From NCBI GenBank assembly GCA_027623675.1, contig JAQBVF010000013.1, positions 1-64,000 of the forward strand: a DNA stretch of 64,000 nucleotides. The letters are read 5' to 3'. Below, in pieces: positions 48,472 through 57,536 of this stretch. The notes below the pieces were generated by a model. It worked only from the letters and a program-made list of their open reading frames with translations, did no database searches and was not told the DNA's origin. Source of the DNA: Chloroflexota bacterium. GTDB taxonomy: Bacteria > Chloroflexota > Dehalococcoidia > Lucifugimonadales > UBA3495. Position 1 is the stretch's first letter. The number at the start of each line of letters is the position of its first letter. The position numbers were made by a program, and so were the translations under genes.

Positions 48472-49395
48472 CTACTTCCCGGCCATTCCCAGGGCGGCAA
48501 GTTTCTCGGCGTCCCGCCGCTGGCAGGCCGCGGACATGGCGATAACGACCTTGGCCCATTCGTCCACCGGCACGTCGATCATGCGTCCGGCAAAGGGCAC
48601 GGCGGCCGTCCCGGCGGCGATCGCCTGCGCGAAGACTTCCCGGACTTGGGTGTAGAAGTTCACCTCGGAGTCGGTGGGCGTGAAGGCAGTGTTCACCGAC
48701 GGTATCCAAGATGGATGGGGGCAGATGATTCCCTTGAATCCCAGGTTCTTGGAGTTGGTGGCGATCTTGAGCATGTCCTCGGCGGGCACCAGTTTCGGCT
48801 GGGCGCCCATGGGGTGGGCGATGCCAATGGGCTGCACTTCGGCGGCGGTGGCCTCGATGGCGATGCGGCCCCGGGCGAACACGAATGGGTCGTATTCGGC
48901 CAAAGGGTTTATTCCGAGACTGGCCGCAAGGTCGCTCTCGTCCAAGCCGACCTGAGAAACCCGGCCGCTGGCGGCGATGATTTCCCGCACGCGCCAGACC
49001 GCGTTGGCCGATTCCAACAGTAAGACCAAGCTAAGTGATCCCGGCTCAATCCCCCGCTTGCCCTCGGCGGAGGTCAGGGCCTCTGCCGCCCGGGCAACCT
49101 CTTCCGGAGACTCGACCCTGGGCAGCACGATACCGGCCAGACCGGGCCACACTGAGGCATCGAGGTCGGCCTCCAGGAACCTTTTGTTGACCCGGACGAA
49201 TACCTCGGCCGCGCCCTTCCCCGCTGTCGCGACGGCATCCCGGACCAGATCCCTGGCACCGGCCTTGAGGGACGAGACCACTCCATCTTCCAGGTCGAGG
49301 GTGATGGCGTCGGCCCCGTGACGCCAGGCTCCCTGCACGAACCTGTTGTTGGTCACCGGGACCATCAGATTGGACCTGCGAACTAATATCGACAT
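48472..49395 (-). CDS. CitE/malyl-CoA lyase-family (HpcH/HpaI) protein, paralog 3
   Basis: RRSNLMVP, LDLEDGV, VRVN, LES, ESD, HP, GRMID. Confidence 0.9.
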   Translation of the reverse strand: MSILVRRSNLMVPVTNNRFVQGAWRHGADAITLDLEDGVVSSLKAGARDLVRDAVATAGKGAAEVFVRVNKRFLEADLDASVWPGLAGIVLPRVESPEEVARAAEALTSAEGKRGIEPGSLSLVLLLESANAVWRVREIIAASGRVSQVGLDESDLAASLGINPLAEYDPFVFARGRIAIEATAAEVQPIGIAHPMGAQPKLVPAEDMLKIATNSKNLGFKGIICPHPSWIPSVNTAFTPTDSEVNFYTQVREVFAQAIAAGTAAVPFAGRMIDVPVDEWAKVVIAMSAACQRRDAEKLAALGMAGK

Positions 49396-49398
49396 AGT

Positions 49399-50340
49399 TT
49401 ATCCACCCGCCTGTTCGACCCGCGCCACGGCGTCCGCCTTTTCCTGGTCGCGGCGCGCGCAGACTTGGGCCCATTCCAGCAATCTTCTTGCCCGGTCGGC
49501 CTCGTAACGGTCGATGATCCTGCCATTTATCTCGGACCAGGTCTCGCCGGAAACCTCCAGCTCCCGGTACTGCTCCAATACCTGTTTCGATTCATCAACT
49601 GCTTCCTGGGTCGGAGTGAAGCCGCGGGTCTGGGGTTCCACCACATTGGGATGCAGTCCGCCGCCCACCCGGAAGCCGCATTTGCGGGCCGCCTCCGCTT
49701 CCCGGAACGCGCGGTCGGGGTCGCCGACGCTGCCGGTGGTGTTCGCGGTGAATGGCGCGGTATGGGGCTCAAGCCCCAGGGCCCGGGCGGCCAGTTCAAC
49801 CTCGCCCTTTCCGTAGACGAACTGGTCAAAGCCCACGAACATCTCCACTCCCAAGTTACGGGACATGTCGTAGCCGCCGGCGCCGCCGAACTCTTTCACA
49901 CGGGGGCTGGCGGAAGCGATGCTGTAGGCGTTGGCCACTCCCACGGACGTCTCGATGTTGGCGCCGATCTCCACCGTTCCGGGGCGTATCCCGCGCTCCC
50001 GTTCCAGGCGGCTAATGATGCGGTCCAGCTTCTGTATCTCCTCAGCGTATTCCGCCTTGGGGTAGTTAACCTTGGCCAGTCCCGGCCAAACGATGCCCTC
50101 CAGGTCTGCCTGCACCAGATCGTGATTGATGCGGGTGAAGGCCTCCGCGCCGCCCTTGGTGACGTTGGCGATGGCGTCCTTGATCAGGGTCCTGGCGTAG
50201 CCTTTCAGGTGCTGGGGCACCGAATCTTCCAGGTCCAAGTTTATGAAGTCGCAGCCCCGCCGCCACGCGTTGTCCACGAACCTGGGGGTGACGACGGGCA
50301 TGGTCAAGCCCGAGCGGTGCACTCCTATCTCTTCAGCCAT
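49399..50340 (-). CDS. CitE/malyl-CoA lyase-family protein, paralog 2
   Basis: LDLEDSV, TRIN, PKAE, IET, GYD, LHP, GRIID. Confidence 0.9.
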   Translation of the reverse strand: MAEEIGVHRSGLTMPVVTPRFVDNAWRRGCDFINLDLEDSVPQHLKGYARTLIKDAIANVTKGGAEAFTRINHDLVQADLEGIVWPGLAKVNYPKAEYAEEIQKLDRIISRLERERGIRPGTVEIGANIETSVGVANAYSIASASPRVKEFGGAGGYDMSRNLGVEMFVGFDQFVYGKGEVELAARALGLEPHTAPFTANTTGSVGDPDRAFREAEAARKCGFRVGGGLHPNVVEPQTRGFTPTQEAVDESKQVLEQYRELEVSGETWSEINGRIIDRYEADRARRLLEWAQVCARRDQEKADAVARVEQAGG

Positions 50341-50365
50341 AAAGTGAATCTCCCAACTGGTGTTA

Positions 50366-51316
50366 CTAGGGGGCCGGTACCGGCAGTCCGGCTTTGGCGT
50401 CAGCCTTGGCCTTGTCGTGGAGCTCGATAACTGAGGCCCGGTCGATGAGCGCCTGAGCTTGATGCGCGGCGCCGGAGTCGATGATTCGGTCTCCTTGGCG
50501 CAGGGAAGTCGCCCCTGCCGCTACCGCTGCCTGGCACTGCTCCAGCAACCGGCGGGCTTCTGCGACCTCTTCAGGGCTGGGAGTGAATCCGTTATTCATC
50601 GGGTCTACCTGGTTCTCGAAGACGCAGAACGATCCCTTGAAGCCGATGGCCCGACCCCGCGATGCCGCTTGTCCGGTGTTCTCGGGCGTGGCCATCAGGC
50701 CCCGGTCCGGCTCCCGCCACCATGCGCCGTAGGCCGGGACCCCGGCAGCACCGGCCACCGTGACCAGCCGCTGCATGAGGTATTGCATCAGGTGTATCTC
50801 GCCGGAGGGCTCGGGCCGCAGGTCCATCACCAACTCGGCGCGGCCCAACGTCAACCCGGAGATCCTGGTGCTGGCGGTGGCGATCTCGTAGGCGTCCTGG
50901 TTGGCCTGCGCCGTCTCCAGCGCGGGCACGATCTCCAGTGACCCGGTGAGGATGCCCCGCTCGTCCTCCAGTTGACCCAGCAACTGGTCCGCCTCCTCGA
51001 CCTGCGCGGCCGACTCCAGATGGGCGATGACGATGCCGGTCAACTCGGGCCAGGCACAGGCGTGGATGTCCGCGTACAGTAGCTCGCTGTCGACCTGGAC
51101 GAATACCTCGGCGCCGCTTTCCCTGAGTCCCCGCACGGTCTCGGCCAGACCTTCTCTGGCGGCCGGCTTGTCCTTCTCGGAGACGAATTCCACCAGGTCC
51201 AGCAACACCACGTCGGCGTTGGACTTGGCAACGACCGCGGCGATGTCTTGTTGCGAGGCTGGAATCAGCAGCCAGGACCGCCGTATCTTGCCTGGCAGGT
51301 TTGCGTTATTTGTCAT
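50366..51316 (-). CDS. CitE/malyl-CoA lyase-family protein, paralog 1 (degenerate active site)
   Basis: RRSWLLIP, LET, GFKG, F.PS.EEV and RIID are kept, but DLVEFV, VQVD and GRAE replace the canonical motifs. Confidence 0.85.
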   Translation of the reverse strand: MTNNANLPGKIRRSWLLIPASQQDIAAVVAKSNADVVLLDLVEFVSEKDKPAAREGLAETVRGLRESGAEVFVQVDSELLYADIHACAWPELTGIVIAHLESAAQVEEADQLLGQLEDERGILTGSLEIVPALETAQANQDAYEIATASTRISGLTLGRAELVMDLRPEPSGEIHLMQYLMQRLVTVAGAAGVPAYGAWWREPDRGLMATPENTGQAASRGRAIGFKGSFCVFENQVDPMNNGFTPSPEEVAEARRLLEQCQAAVAAGATSLRQGDRIIDSGAAHQAQALIDRASVIELHDKAKADAKAGLPVPAP

Positions 51317-51441
51317 AGCAGTAAATCAACCTAGACGACTCTCGGGATAAACGGTGTGCGCCGGAGGCGGGGGCCCGTACTCGGCCCACTCTTTCCGGCC
51401 GGTGCGGATTGTAACCCAGGCCCACACGCCTGACAAGAAAC

Positions 51442-52458
51442 CTATACGCCTATCCGGTAGACCTTGGTGGCCGTGTTGTGAAACATGGCCGCGCGCTCTG
51501 AGTCCGAATACCCTTTGGACATCCGCTTGAAGGCGTTGCACATCACGTTGTACGAGAAAGACACCTTGTCCGGTGGGAAGTTGCTCTCGAACATGCAGCG
51601 GTCCGGGCCGAACTGCTCGATGCAATAGGTCAGCCACGGCGACATGGCCTCGGCCAGTTCCTCCGATCCGATGGGTACATCCCGGTTGTGCCAGCCGAAC
51701 CCCCAGCGGGGCATGCCCAGCCCGCCAAGCTTAACCGTGACGTTGGGGCAGGCGGCGGCGGCGGCGATGCCGGTCTTCCATTCAGCCATTACCTCTTCGC
51801 CTCGTCCGGAGTAGATGCCGATGCGGTTGACGCCGCCAACGTGGTTTAGGATTATCGGCAGGTCAGGCACCGAGTTGGCGAAATCGGCCAGTTCCGGCAA
51901 CTGGGGGAATGACAGCATGACATCCAAGGACAGGCCCATGTCGGACAGGACTTTGGCTCCCTCCCGGAATCTGCTGTCGGCCATGATGCCTTGGGTTTCC
52001 CGGTCTTCGAACGCCGGGTCGATGTTCCAGGACACGTTATGCCGAATGCCCCGGAACCGGTTGGGGCTGGCGGCCTTCAAGGCATCCAGCACCGGCCGCA
52101 CCTTGTCCGCCAGCTTAAGGTCGGCGTGTCCAACGATGGCCGCGGCCGCCCTGCTGGGGCCGTAGATGCCGCTGGCGCTGGCCGCCGCCAAACCCTGGAC
52201 GAATTCCACCTCGCCAACCGGGCGCAGTTCGACGGGACCGTCCGGCCGGTACATGGACCGTGCTTCGACAAACACGGTGGAGCGGACGTTATGACCGCTG
52301 TAGATGTCGGCGTTCAATTCGTGGATCAGATATCGCTGGTACGGCGTGCTGTTTGGCCGAAAGTCCCAGAAATGGTGATGCGGGTCGCAGATGGGCAGAT
52401 CGGGTTCCAACGTGGGCTCAACGGTCAACGCGAGCCAGTCATTACCACCGAACGGCAT
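51442..52458 (-). CDS. amidohydrolase_2-family protein (lactonase/decarboxylase-like)
   Basis: ICDPHHHFWD, FRGIRH, IILNHVGG, VKLGGLG, FGPDRCMFESNFPPD. Confidence 0.9.
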   Translation of the reverse strand: MPFGGNDWLALTVEPTLEPDLPICDPHHHFWDFRPNSTPYQRYLIHELNADIYSGHNVRSTVFVEARSMYRPDGPVELRPVGEVEFVQGLAAASASGIYGPSRAAAAIVGHADLKLADKVRPVLDALKAASPNRFRGIRHNVSWNIDPAFEDRETQGIMADSRFREGAKVLSDMGLSLDVMLSFPQLPELADFANSVPDLPIILNHVGGVNRIGIYSGRGEEVMAEWKTGIAAAAACPNVTVKLGGLGMPRWGFGWHNRDVPIGSEELAEAMSPWLTYCIEQFGPDRCMFESNFPPDKVSFSYNVMCNAFKRMSKGYSDSERAAMFHNTATKVYRIGV

Positions 52459-52554
52459 GGGGTTGCCTCCGCTGTCAAGATTCGAGGCTCGATGATAGCA
52501 CGCGGCTGGTTGCCGGGGACCATGTCGTGCCAAAACATCCCCTGATATCCTGGT

Positions 52555-53406
52555 ATGGAGATGACAAGCGATCTGAAACGCCGTCGCCCCAGGCTCAAAC
52601 CGCTCTACCTGTCCGGGTTCTTGGTGCTGCTGGCCGTGACCTGCGGCGGCGGCTTCAATCCTGCATCCCGCTTGGTCGATGTGGGTGGGTATAGACTGCA
52701 CATCCGCTGCTCCGGCGAGGGGGTTCCAGCGGTGGTGCTGCTCGCAGGATTGGCTACCGATAATCACGATTGGCTGGCGGTGGAAGAACGGGTCTCGGGG
52801 TACACCCAGGTCTGCAGCCACGACCGGGCCGGCCTGGGCGAAAGCGACCCCGCACCCGGAGTCCCGACCAGCCAGACGGCGGCCGATGACCTCTACTCGC
52901 TGCTACAGGCGGCAGATATCACCGGGCCGGTTGTGATGGTGGGCCACTCTTATGGCGGCTTGGTCGCGCAGTCCTATGCCGCGAAGCACCCAGAAAGCAC
53001 GGCGGCGGTTTTGCTGTTGGATAGCCTGCAAGCAGACAACCTGGTCCGGGCCGAAGAGATATTGGGGGAGCAGGCCATGGCACTGCTGCTGCGCGGTGTG
53101 GAGTCCAACCCCGAAGGCGTGGACCTGGTGGCAAGCTTGGACCGCGTTGGGGCTGCCGATGGCCTGGGAGACCTGCCGCTTACAGTGGTCACCGCCGGAC
53201 GACCCGGCTTGCCGTCCTTCATCGACGCCGAGGTGCGTGACCGTTTGGCCGGGTCTTGGCTGGACTCGCAACGGGAGTTGGCGCGCCTATCTTCTGCGGG
53301 AGTCCAGGTCATCGCCGAGGACAGCGGGCACTGCATCCAATGTGACCAGCCGGAGTTGGTTGCCGGCGAGATACGCAAGTTGGTCGACCTGGTTAGGGAC
53401 AAATAG
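52555..53406 (+). CDS. secreted/lipoprotein alpha/beta hydrolase
   Basis: Signal LVLLAVTC, DRAGLGES, GHSYGG, SGH. Confidence 0.88.
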   Translation: MEMTSDLKRRRPRLKPLYLSGFLVLLAVTCGGGFNPASRLVDVGGYRLHIRCSGEGVPAVVLLAGLATDNHDWLAVEERVSGYTQVCSHDRAGLGESDPAPGVPTSQTAADDLYSLLQAADITGPVVMVGHSYGGLVAQSYAAKHPESTAAVLLLDSLQADNLVRAEEILGEQAMALLLRGVESNPEGVDLVASLDRVGAADGLGDLPLTVVTAGRPGLPSFIDAEVRDRLAGSWLDSQRELARLSSAGVQVIAEDSGHCIQCDQPELVAGEIRKLVDLVRDK

Positions 53407-53409
53407 TCG

Positions 53410-54819
53410 CTACTCAGTGGTAAGCAGCGCGGCGAATTGCCGAATGTCGCTCACTTGGTCCAGCGACTCCACCGCCGTGATGATTTCGGCCTGCCGCTCC
53501 GGGCTGATGACGGAGGCCGACAGGAGACGGAACTTGTCCTTCATCTCGTCCCAGGTCACGGGGTACTCCGGGTCTCCCTTGGGATAGCCAACATCGCTGC
53601 GCAAGGTCCGGCCGTCGTTGGTGTCCACCTCGGCCCATGCCGCCATCTGCCGGGGCGCGAGAGCGTCTAGCTTGGGGTCGGTGACGCAATGGACCCGCTG
53701 CATGACGTGTTTCACCTGGGGATTCTCAAGCGTGCCCAACTGGTACTCGTCCAACGAAGCCCGGCCGAGGGTTAGCGCCACCGCCGCGCCGAAGGGCATG
53801 CTGAACTGCATGTCCACCACCGTACGGGGGTTGCGCTTGGCTTCGATGGGCTCGGAAACCAGGCTCATCCCCGCGCTGAGCACGCCGCATCTCACTTCGG
53901 CAACATCCATGGGGTCGATGCCATAGGTCCGCCTCAGGTCCAGGAGGCAATCGATGGGGCCCTGCTTGAACCGGCAGCATGTGTGAGGTTTGATGCTGGT
54001 ACCGGTTATCAGGTACGTCTGCCCCAGGTCTTCCAACATCCGGCTCGTGTCAGGGTCGGCTGAGTAGGCTTTCAGAGAGCTGTCGCGGCCCTCGAAGATA
54101 GTTGTGGGGCCGATGAATCCCGATCGGGCCAAAAGCCCGGCCACGATACCGCTGTGAGCCGCCCAACCGGGGTGGAAACGCTTGGTCCAAGCTCCGTTCG
54201 CCAGATATTCCTGACTGCCTGCGGCCTGGCTGCCCGCGATGCCCAATGCGTGAAGGAACGGATCGCCCTGGAGACCTAGTAACCGGGCAGAGATGGCCGC
54301 CGCGCCGAAGGTGCCTGAGATCGCTGTCGGGTGATATCCCCTGGCGTAGAGTTCAGCGCCCTTGAAAGCCCGGCCCAGACGGTATATGACGTCGTATCCG
54401 GCAACAACCGCGGCGATGAAATCCTTGCCGTTAACGTCGGCGATGTCGGCCATCGCCAGCGCCGTTGGGTAGGCGGTGACACCGGCGTGGAGGACCGATT
54501 CATTGTGGACGTCGTCCATCTCAACACTGTGGTGGGCGGTGCCGTTGGCCAGGGCGGCATATTCGGGGAGCATCCGTGTGCGCGTCCCGACAACCACGGA
54601 GGGCCCGCCGCGGCCGACGCTCTCAAATGCATTGACGACCGACTTGGCGGTGTCAGTGGTCGAGCCGTTCAGGGTCACTCCGGCGAAATCGAGGCACAGG
54701 TACTTGGCCCGGTCGATGGCTTCCGGCGACAGGTCTTCGAATCGCAGGTTGGCGGCGAACCCGCCCAACACCCTGGTGATCTGGGTCTTGTCTGCGTCGT
54801 CGATGTTGTTTCGCGCCAT
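53410..54819 (-). CDS. MmgE/PrpD-family protein
   Basis: ALANGTAHHSVEMDDVH, GYHPT, KRFHPGWAA, KPHTCC, QFSMPF, KGDP. Confidence 0.92.
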   Translation of the reverse strand: MARNNIDDADKTQITRVLGGFAANLRFEDLSPEAIDRAKYLCLDFAGVTLNGSTTDTAKSVVNAFESVGRGGPSVVVGTRTRMLPEYAALANGTAHHSVEMDDVHNESVLHAGVTAYPTALAMADIADVNGKDFIAAVVAGYDVIYRLGRAFKGAELYARGYHPTAISGTFGAAAISARLLGLQGDPFLHALGIAGSQAAGSQEYLANGAWTKRFHPGWAAHSGIVAGLLARSGFIGPTTIFEGRDSSLKAYSADPDTSRMLEDLGQTYLITGTSIKPHTCCRFKQGPIDCLLDLRRTYGIDPMDVAEVRCGVLSAGMSLVSEPIEAKRNPRTVVDMQFSMPFGAAVALTLGRASLDEYQLGTLENPQVKHVMQRVHCVTDPKLDALAPRQMAAWAEVDTNDGRTLRSDVGYPKGDPEYPVTWDEMKDKFRLLSASVISPERQAEIITAVESLDQVSDIRQFAALLTTE

Positions 54820-54915
54820 GGTCTACGCCTCCGGAGATCGGTCGATTCAGGCCCATCCAAACGGCCCGCTGGACTGCTCGCATCTTAGCACAGAGCGTGT
54901 TCGGTCTACGCCCGA

Positions 54916-54944
54916 TTGACACCCCTCAACACGGGCACTACACT
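54916..54944 (+). promoter_or_regulatory. sigma70-type promoter
   Basis: TTGACA-N17-TACACT. Confidence 0.6.
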
Positions 54945-54999
54945 CCCCTCTATAGCCCTGAAAGTACCCAAAATCGCCCTACGCGGGAGCATTTCAGAT

Positions 55000-55455
55000 A
55001 TGACCTCCAAACCTGAGTACATCGACCTATTGAACGACATCCGCTTGCAGGAAAACCGGGCCGGCGTGTATCTGGAGGCCTGGGCCAACACCACGGAGAA
55101 CAAGGACCTGAAAGAGTGCCTGTCCTTCGTGGCAGCGCGAGAATACAGCCACGGCGATATCTTTGAGCGCCGGGTCAAAGAATTGGGCTTCGATAACGTA
55201 GAGATTGAGGACCCCGGATTTGATGAAAAGGTCCGCGTGGTCTCCTCGGACATATCGGACGCCGAGAAGATCGCCTGGCTCAAGGAGCAGCGCTCGCGGC
55301 AGGCCACCCCCAGCGTACGGGAACGCTACGAGGCAGCCACGGAAGATGAGTCGGTGGATACCCTCACCCGTTCGTTGCTGCGATGGTTCACCGACGTCGA
55401 GAATGACTCGGTGGTGAAGATGGGCAAGGTTTACTCTCAGATAGAGAACGCCTAG
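55000..55455 (+). CDS. hypothetical helical protein, ferritin-like fold suspected
   Basis: QE..AG..L..W..REYSH..F and a later E.DS pattern; GGGAG RBS. Confidence 0.6.
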   Translation: MTSKPEYIDLLNDIRLQENRAGVYLEAWANTTENKDLKECLSFVAAREYSHGDIFERRVKELGFDNVEIEDPGFDEKVRVVSSDISDAEKIAWLKEQRSRQATPSVRERYEAATEDESVDTLTRSLLRWFTDVENDSVVKMGKVYSQIENA

Positions 55456-55521
55456 CAGTCTGCGCTGCGGCGCTTGGCGGCCGGCGCCGGGGAATAAGTT
55501 CAAATCGCGAGTTGGATAACC

Positions 55522-56637
55522 ATGAAGTTCGGAGCCTTTTTCGTGGGGCAACGGCCCCAGTTGCACGAGCAGTACGACGACGGACACAAGGCCAACCCCA
55601 ACCCGGTCAGCCGGACCGACGTCCAAGTGTACGAAGACATCCTGAAAGGCGCGGAACTGGCGGAGGAGTTGGGCTTCGACTCGGTCTGGATCGCGGAGCA
55701 CGCCTTCAGCGAACACAGCATAATCAGTTCTCCCCACAGTTTGCTGGCCGCCATCGCCGCCCGCACCAAGAAGGTCAAGATCGGTGTGGCCTGCACCATC
55801 GTGCCCTGGCACGCGCCGCTCCGGTTGGCCCAGGACCTGGCCACGGTTGACATAATCAGCGGCGGGCGCGTGGTGGTCGGAGTCGGCCGTGGTTATCAGA
55901 AACGGGAGTTCGACATCTACGGAATCGATATCGCCGAGTCCCGAAACCGGTTCCTGGAAGGCATGGATATCGCCATCAAGGCCTGGACCGAAGACCGCTT
56001 CTCCTACAACGGCGAGTTCTTCTCCTTCCCAGAGGTCATGGTGATCCCCAAGCCGGTACAGCAGCCGACGCCGCCGATATTGATGGCCGTAACGCATAGT
56101 CCCGATTCGGTGGAGATCGCCGTCCATAACCGCTGGGGCCTGTTCACCGTGGGCAGCAGTTTCTTTCCGGCCTCCCCCGACTCGGACCAGAACCTGATCA
56201 GCCTCTACCACAAACGTATGCTGGAAGAGGGCGTGGCCTCGGAAGATATCGAGATCGCCGCCGTCCGGAACGTTTATGTGGCTCCCACCGACGATGAGGC
56301 CATCGACCTGCTGACGCCCCGGTTGGAATGGGCCGGCGACATGGGCGAGTTTCTCCGCAGGCCCGTATCCCTGATGGCGAACGCGCCGGGCGGGTTGCTC
56401 GGCTACGAGAGTTACGTGCGCGATCCGTTCATCGAGCCTGATCTGGTGGCCGAGCGCGGCATTGAGGGGATGGCGGCCATCGGCGGTCCGGAGAAGGTCA
56501 CCCGCGCCATCAAGGACCTGGAAGACAACCACGTGACCAACTTCATCAGCTACTTGGACGCCGGCGGTCTGGACTTCGACCAAGTTTCCAGTTCCCTCCG
56601 ACTATTCGCCGAAAAGGTGATGCCCAACTTTAGATAA
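55522..56637 (+). CDS. LLM-class flavin-dependent oxidoreductase
   Basis: AEELGFDSVWIAEH, PLRLAQDLATVDIISGGR..GVGRGY, PKPVQQP.PP, LFAEKVMP. Confidence 0.93.
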   Translation: MKFGAFFVGQRPQLHEQYDDGHKANPNPVSRTDVQVYEDILKGAELAEELGFDSVWIAEHAFSEHSIISSPHSLLAAIAARTKKVKIGVACTIVPWHAPLRLAQDLATVDIISGGRVVVGVGRGYQKREFDIYGIDIAESRNRFLEGMDIAIKAWTEDRFSYNGEFFSFPEVMVIPKPVQQPTPPILMAVTHSPDSVEIAVHNRWGLFTVGSSFFPASPDSDQNLISLYHKRMLEEGVASEDIEIAAVRNVYVAPTDDEAIDLLTPRLEWAGDMGEFLRRPVSLMANAPGGLLGYESYVRDPFIEPDLVAERGIEGMAAIGGPEKVTRAIKDLEDNHVTNFISYLDAGGLDFDQVSSSLRLFAEKVMPNFR

Positions 56638-56679
56638 TCAACCCGGCTCCTAGTTGGACGCTGGAAAGGAATCGCACGC

Positions 56680-57441
56680 ATGGCAACATTGGACGTATTG
56701 ACCTACGGATTCGCCCTCACCACCGACCAAGGCTCTTTCGGCTACTCCACCAACTCCCTGCTCCGGGTGGGCAATCACAACATCCTCATCGACACCGGCC
56801 CATCATCGCGCCGCCCGTTCTTGGTCAGATCGCTGAAGGCCAAAGGTCTGGAGCCGTCCGACATCGATATCGTGATCCTGACTCATATGCACTGGGACCA
56901 TTGCCAGAATACCGACCTCTTCACCAACGCGCGGGTCCTGGTCAACCCCACCGAGATCGATTACGCCCGCAACCCCAACAAGTGGGACCTGGCCGTTGCC
57001 GCCGGAATGGCCGACATGATGCGCAACATGAAGGTGGATACCGTGTCCGAAGGCGACAAGGTGGTTGACGGAGTTTCCATCATCGAGACTCCCGGCCACA
57101 CCAAGGGGCATCTCAGTGTCCTGGCTGAGATCGACGGCGAGAAGGTGCTGCTGGCCGGTGACGCGATGCCCGAGAGCGGCACCGTGGCCCGTGGTTTGCC
57201 CTACAACGTCTTTTGGGACGTGGCCGACGCCCAGGAGAGCGTGGAAAAGATGGTCTCAGCCTCCAACGTTTTCTATCCGGGGCACGACCGGCCCTTCCGC
57301 GTCGAAGGCGGCGAGATAACGTACTTGGAAGGCCCCGAGAACATCCATGTCATGGACAGCACGGAGGGCGGCGGAACGGCTTCGCTGACCTTCACGGTCT
57401 CCGCCACCCGGAAGGTGAACGTGGACATCGTCCAAAAGTAG
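56680..57441 (+). CDS. MBL-fold metallo-hydrolase (AHL-lactonase-like)
   Basis: THMHWDH, TPGHT.GH, GDA, PGHD. Confidence 0.92.
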   Translation: MATLDVLTYGFALTTDQGSFGYSTNSLLRVGNHNILIDTGPSSRRPFLVRSLKAKGLEPSDIDIVILTHMHWDHCQNTDLFTNARVLVNPTEIDYARNPNKWDLAVAAGMADMMRNMKVDTVSEGDKVVDGVSIIETPGHTKGHLSVLAEIDGEKVLLAGDAMPESGTVARGLPYNVFWDVADAQESVEKMVSASNVFYPGHDRPFRVEGGEITYLEGPENIHVMDSTEGGGTASLTFTVSATRKVNVDIVQK

Positions 57442-57461
57442 CGTTACCGCGCCAAGAGTTC

Positions 57462-57500
57462 TACGGCCCAGGGGACCTGATAAGGCCCTGGGCCGTATTT
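57462..57500 (+). terminator. hairpin/terminator after the MBL gene
   Basis: TACGGCCCAGGG / CCCTGGGCCGTA followed by TTT. Confidence 0.55.
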
Positions 57501-57536
57501 CGTGAGCCCCTAAACCAGCGAAAGAGAGCGCCCATC

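Noticed and set aside
54916..54999. TTG start for the 55000-55455 gene
   Set aside because: That TTG is the -35 box of a promoter, and the ATG at 55000 has an RBS.
55027..56583. 518-aa minus-strand ORF, and similar long shadow ORFs (36614-37663 +, 23388-24311 -, 49465-50430 +, 27224-28189 -)
   Set aside because: They are antisense to well-supported genes and carry no motifs. Such shadows are expected from high-GC codon bias.
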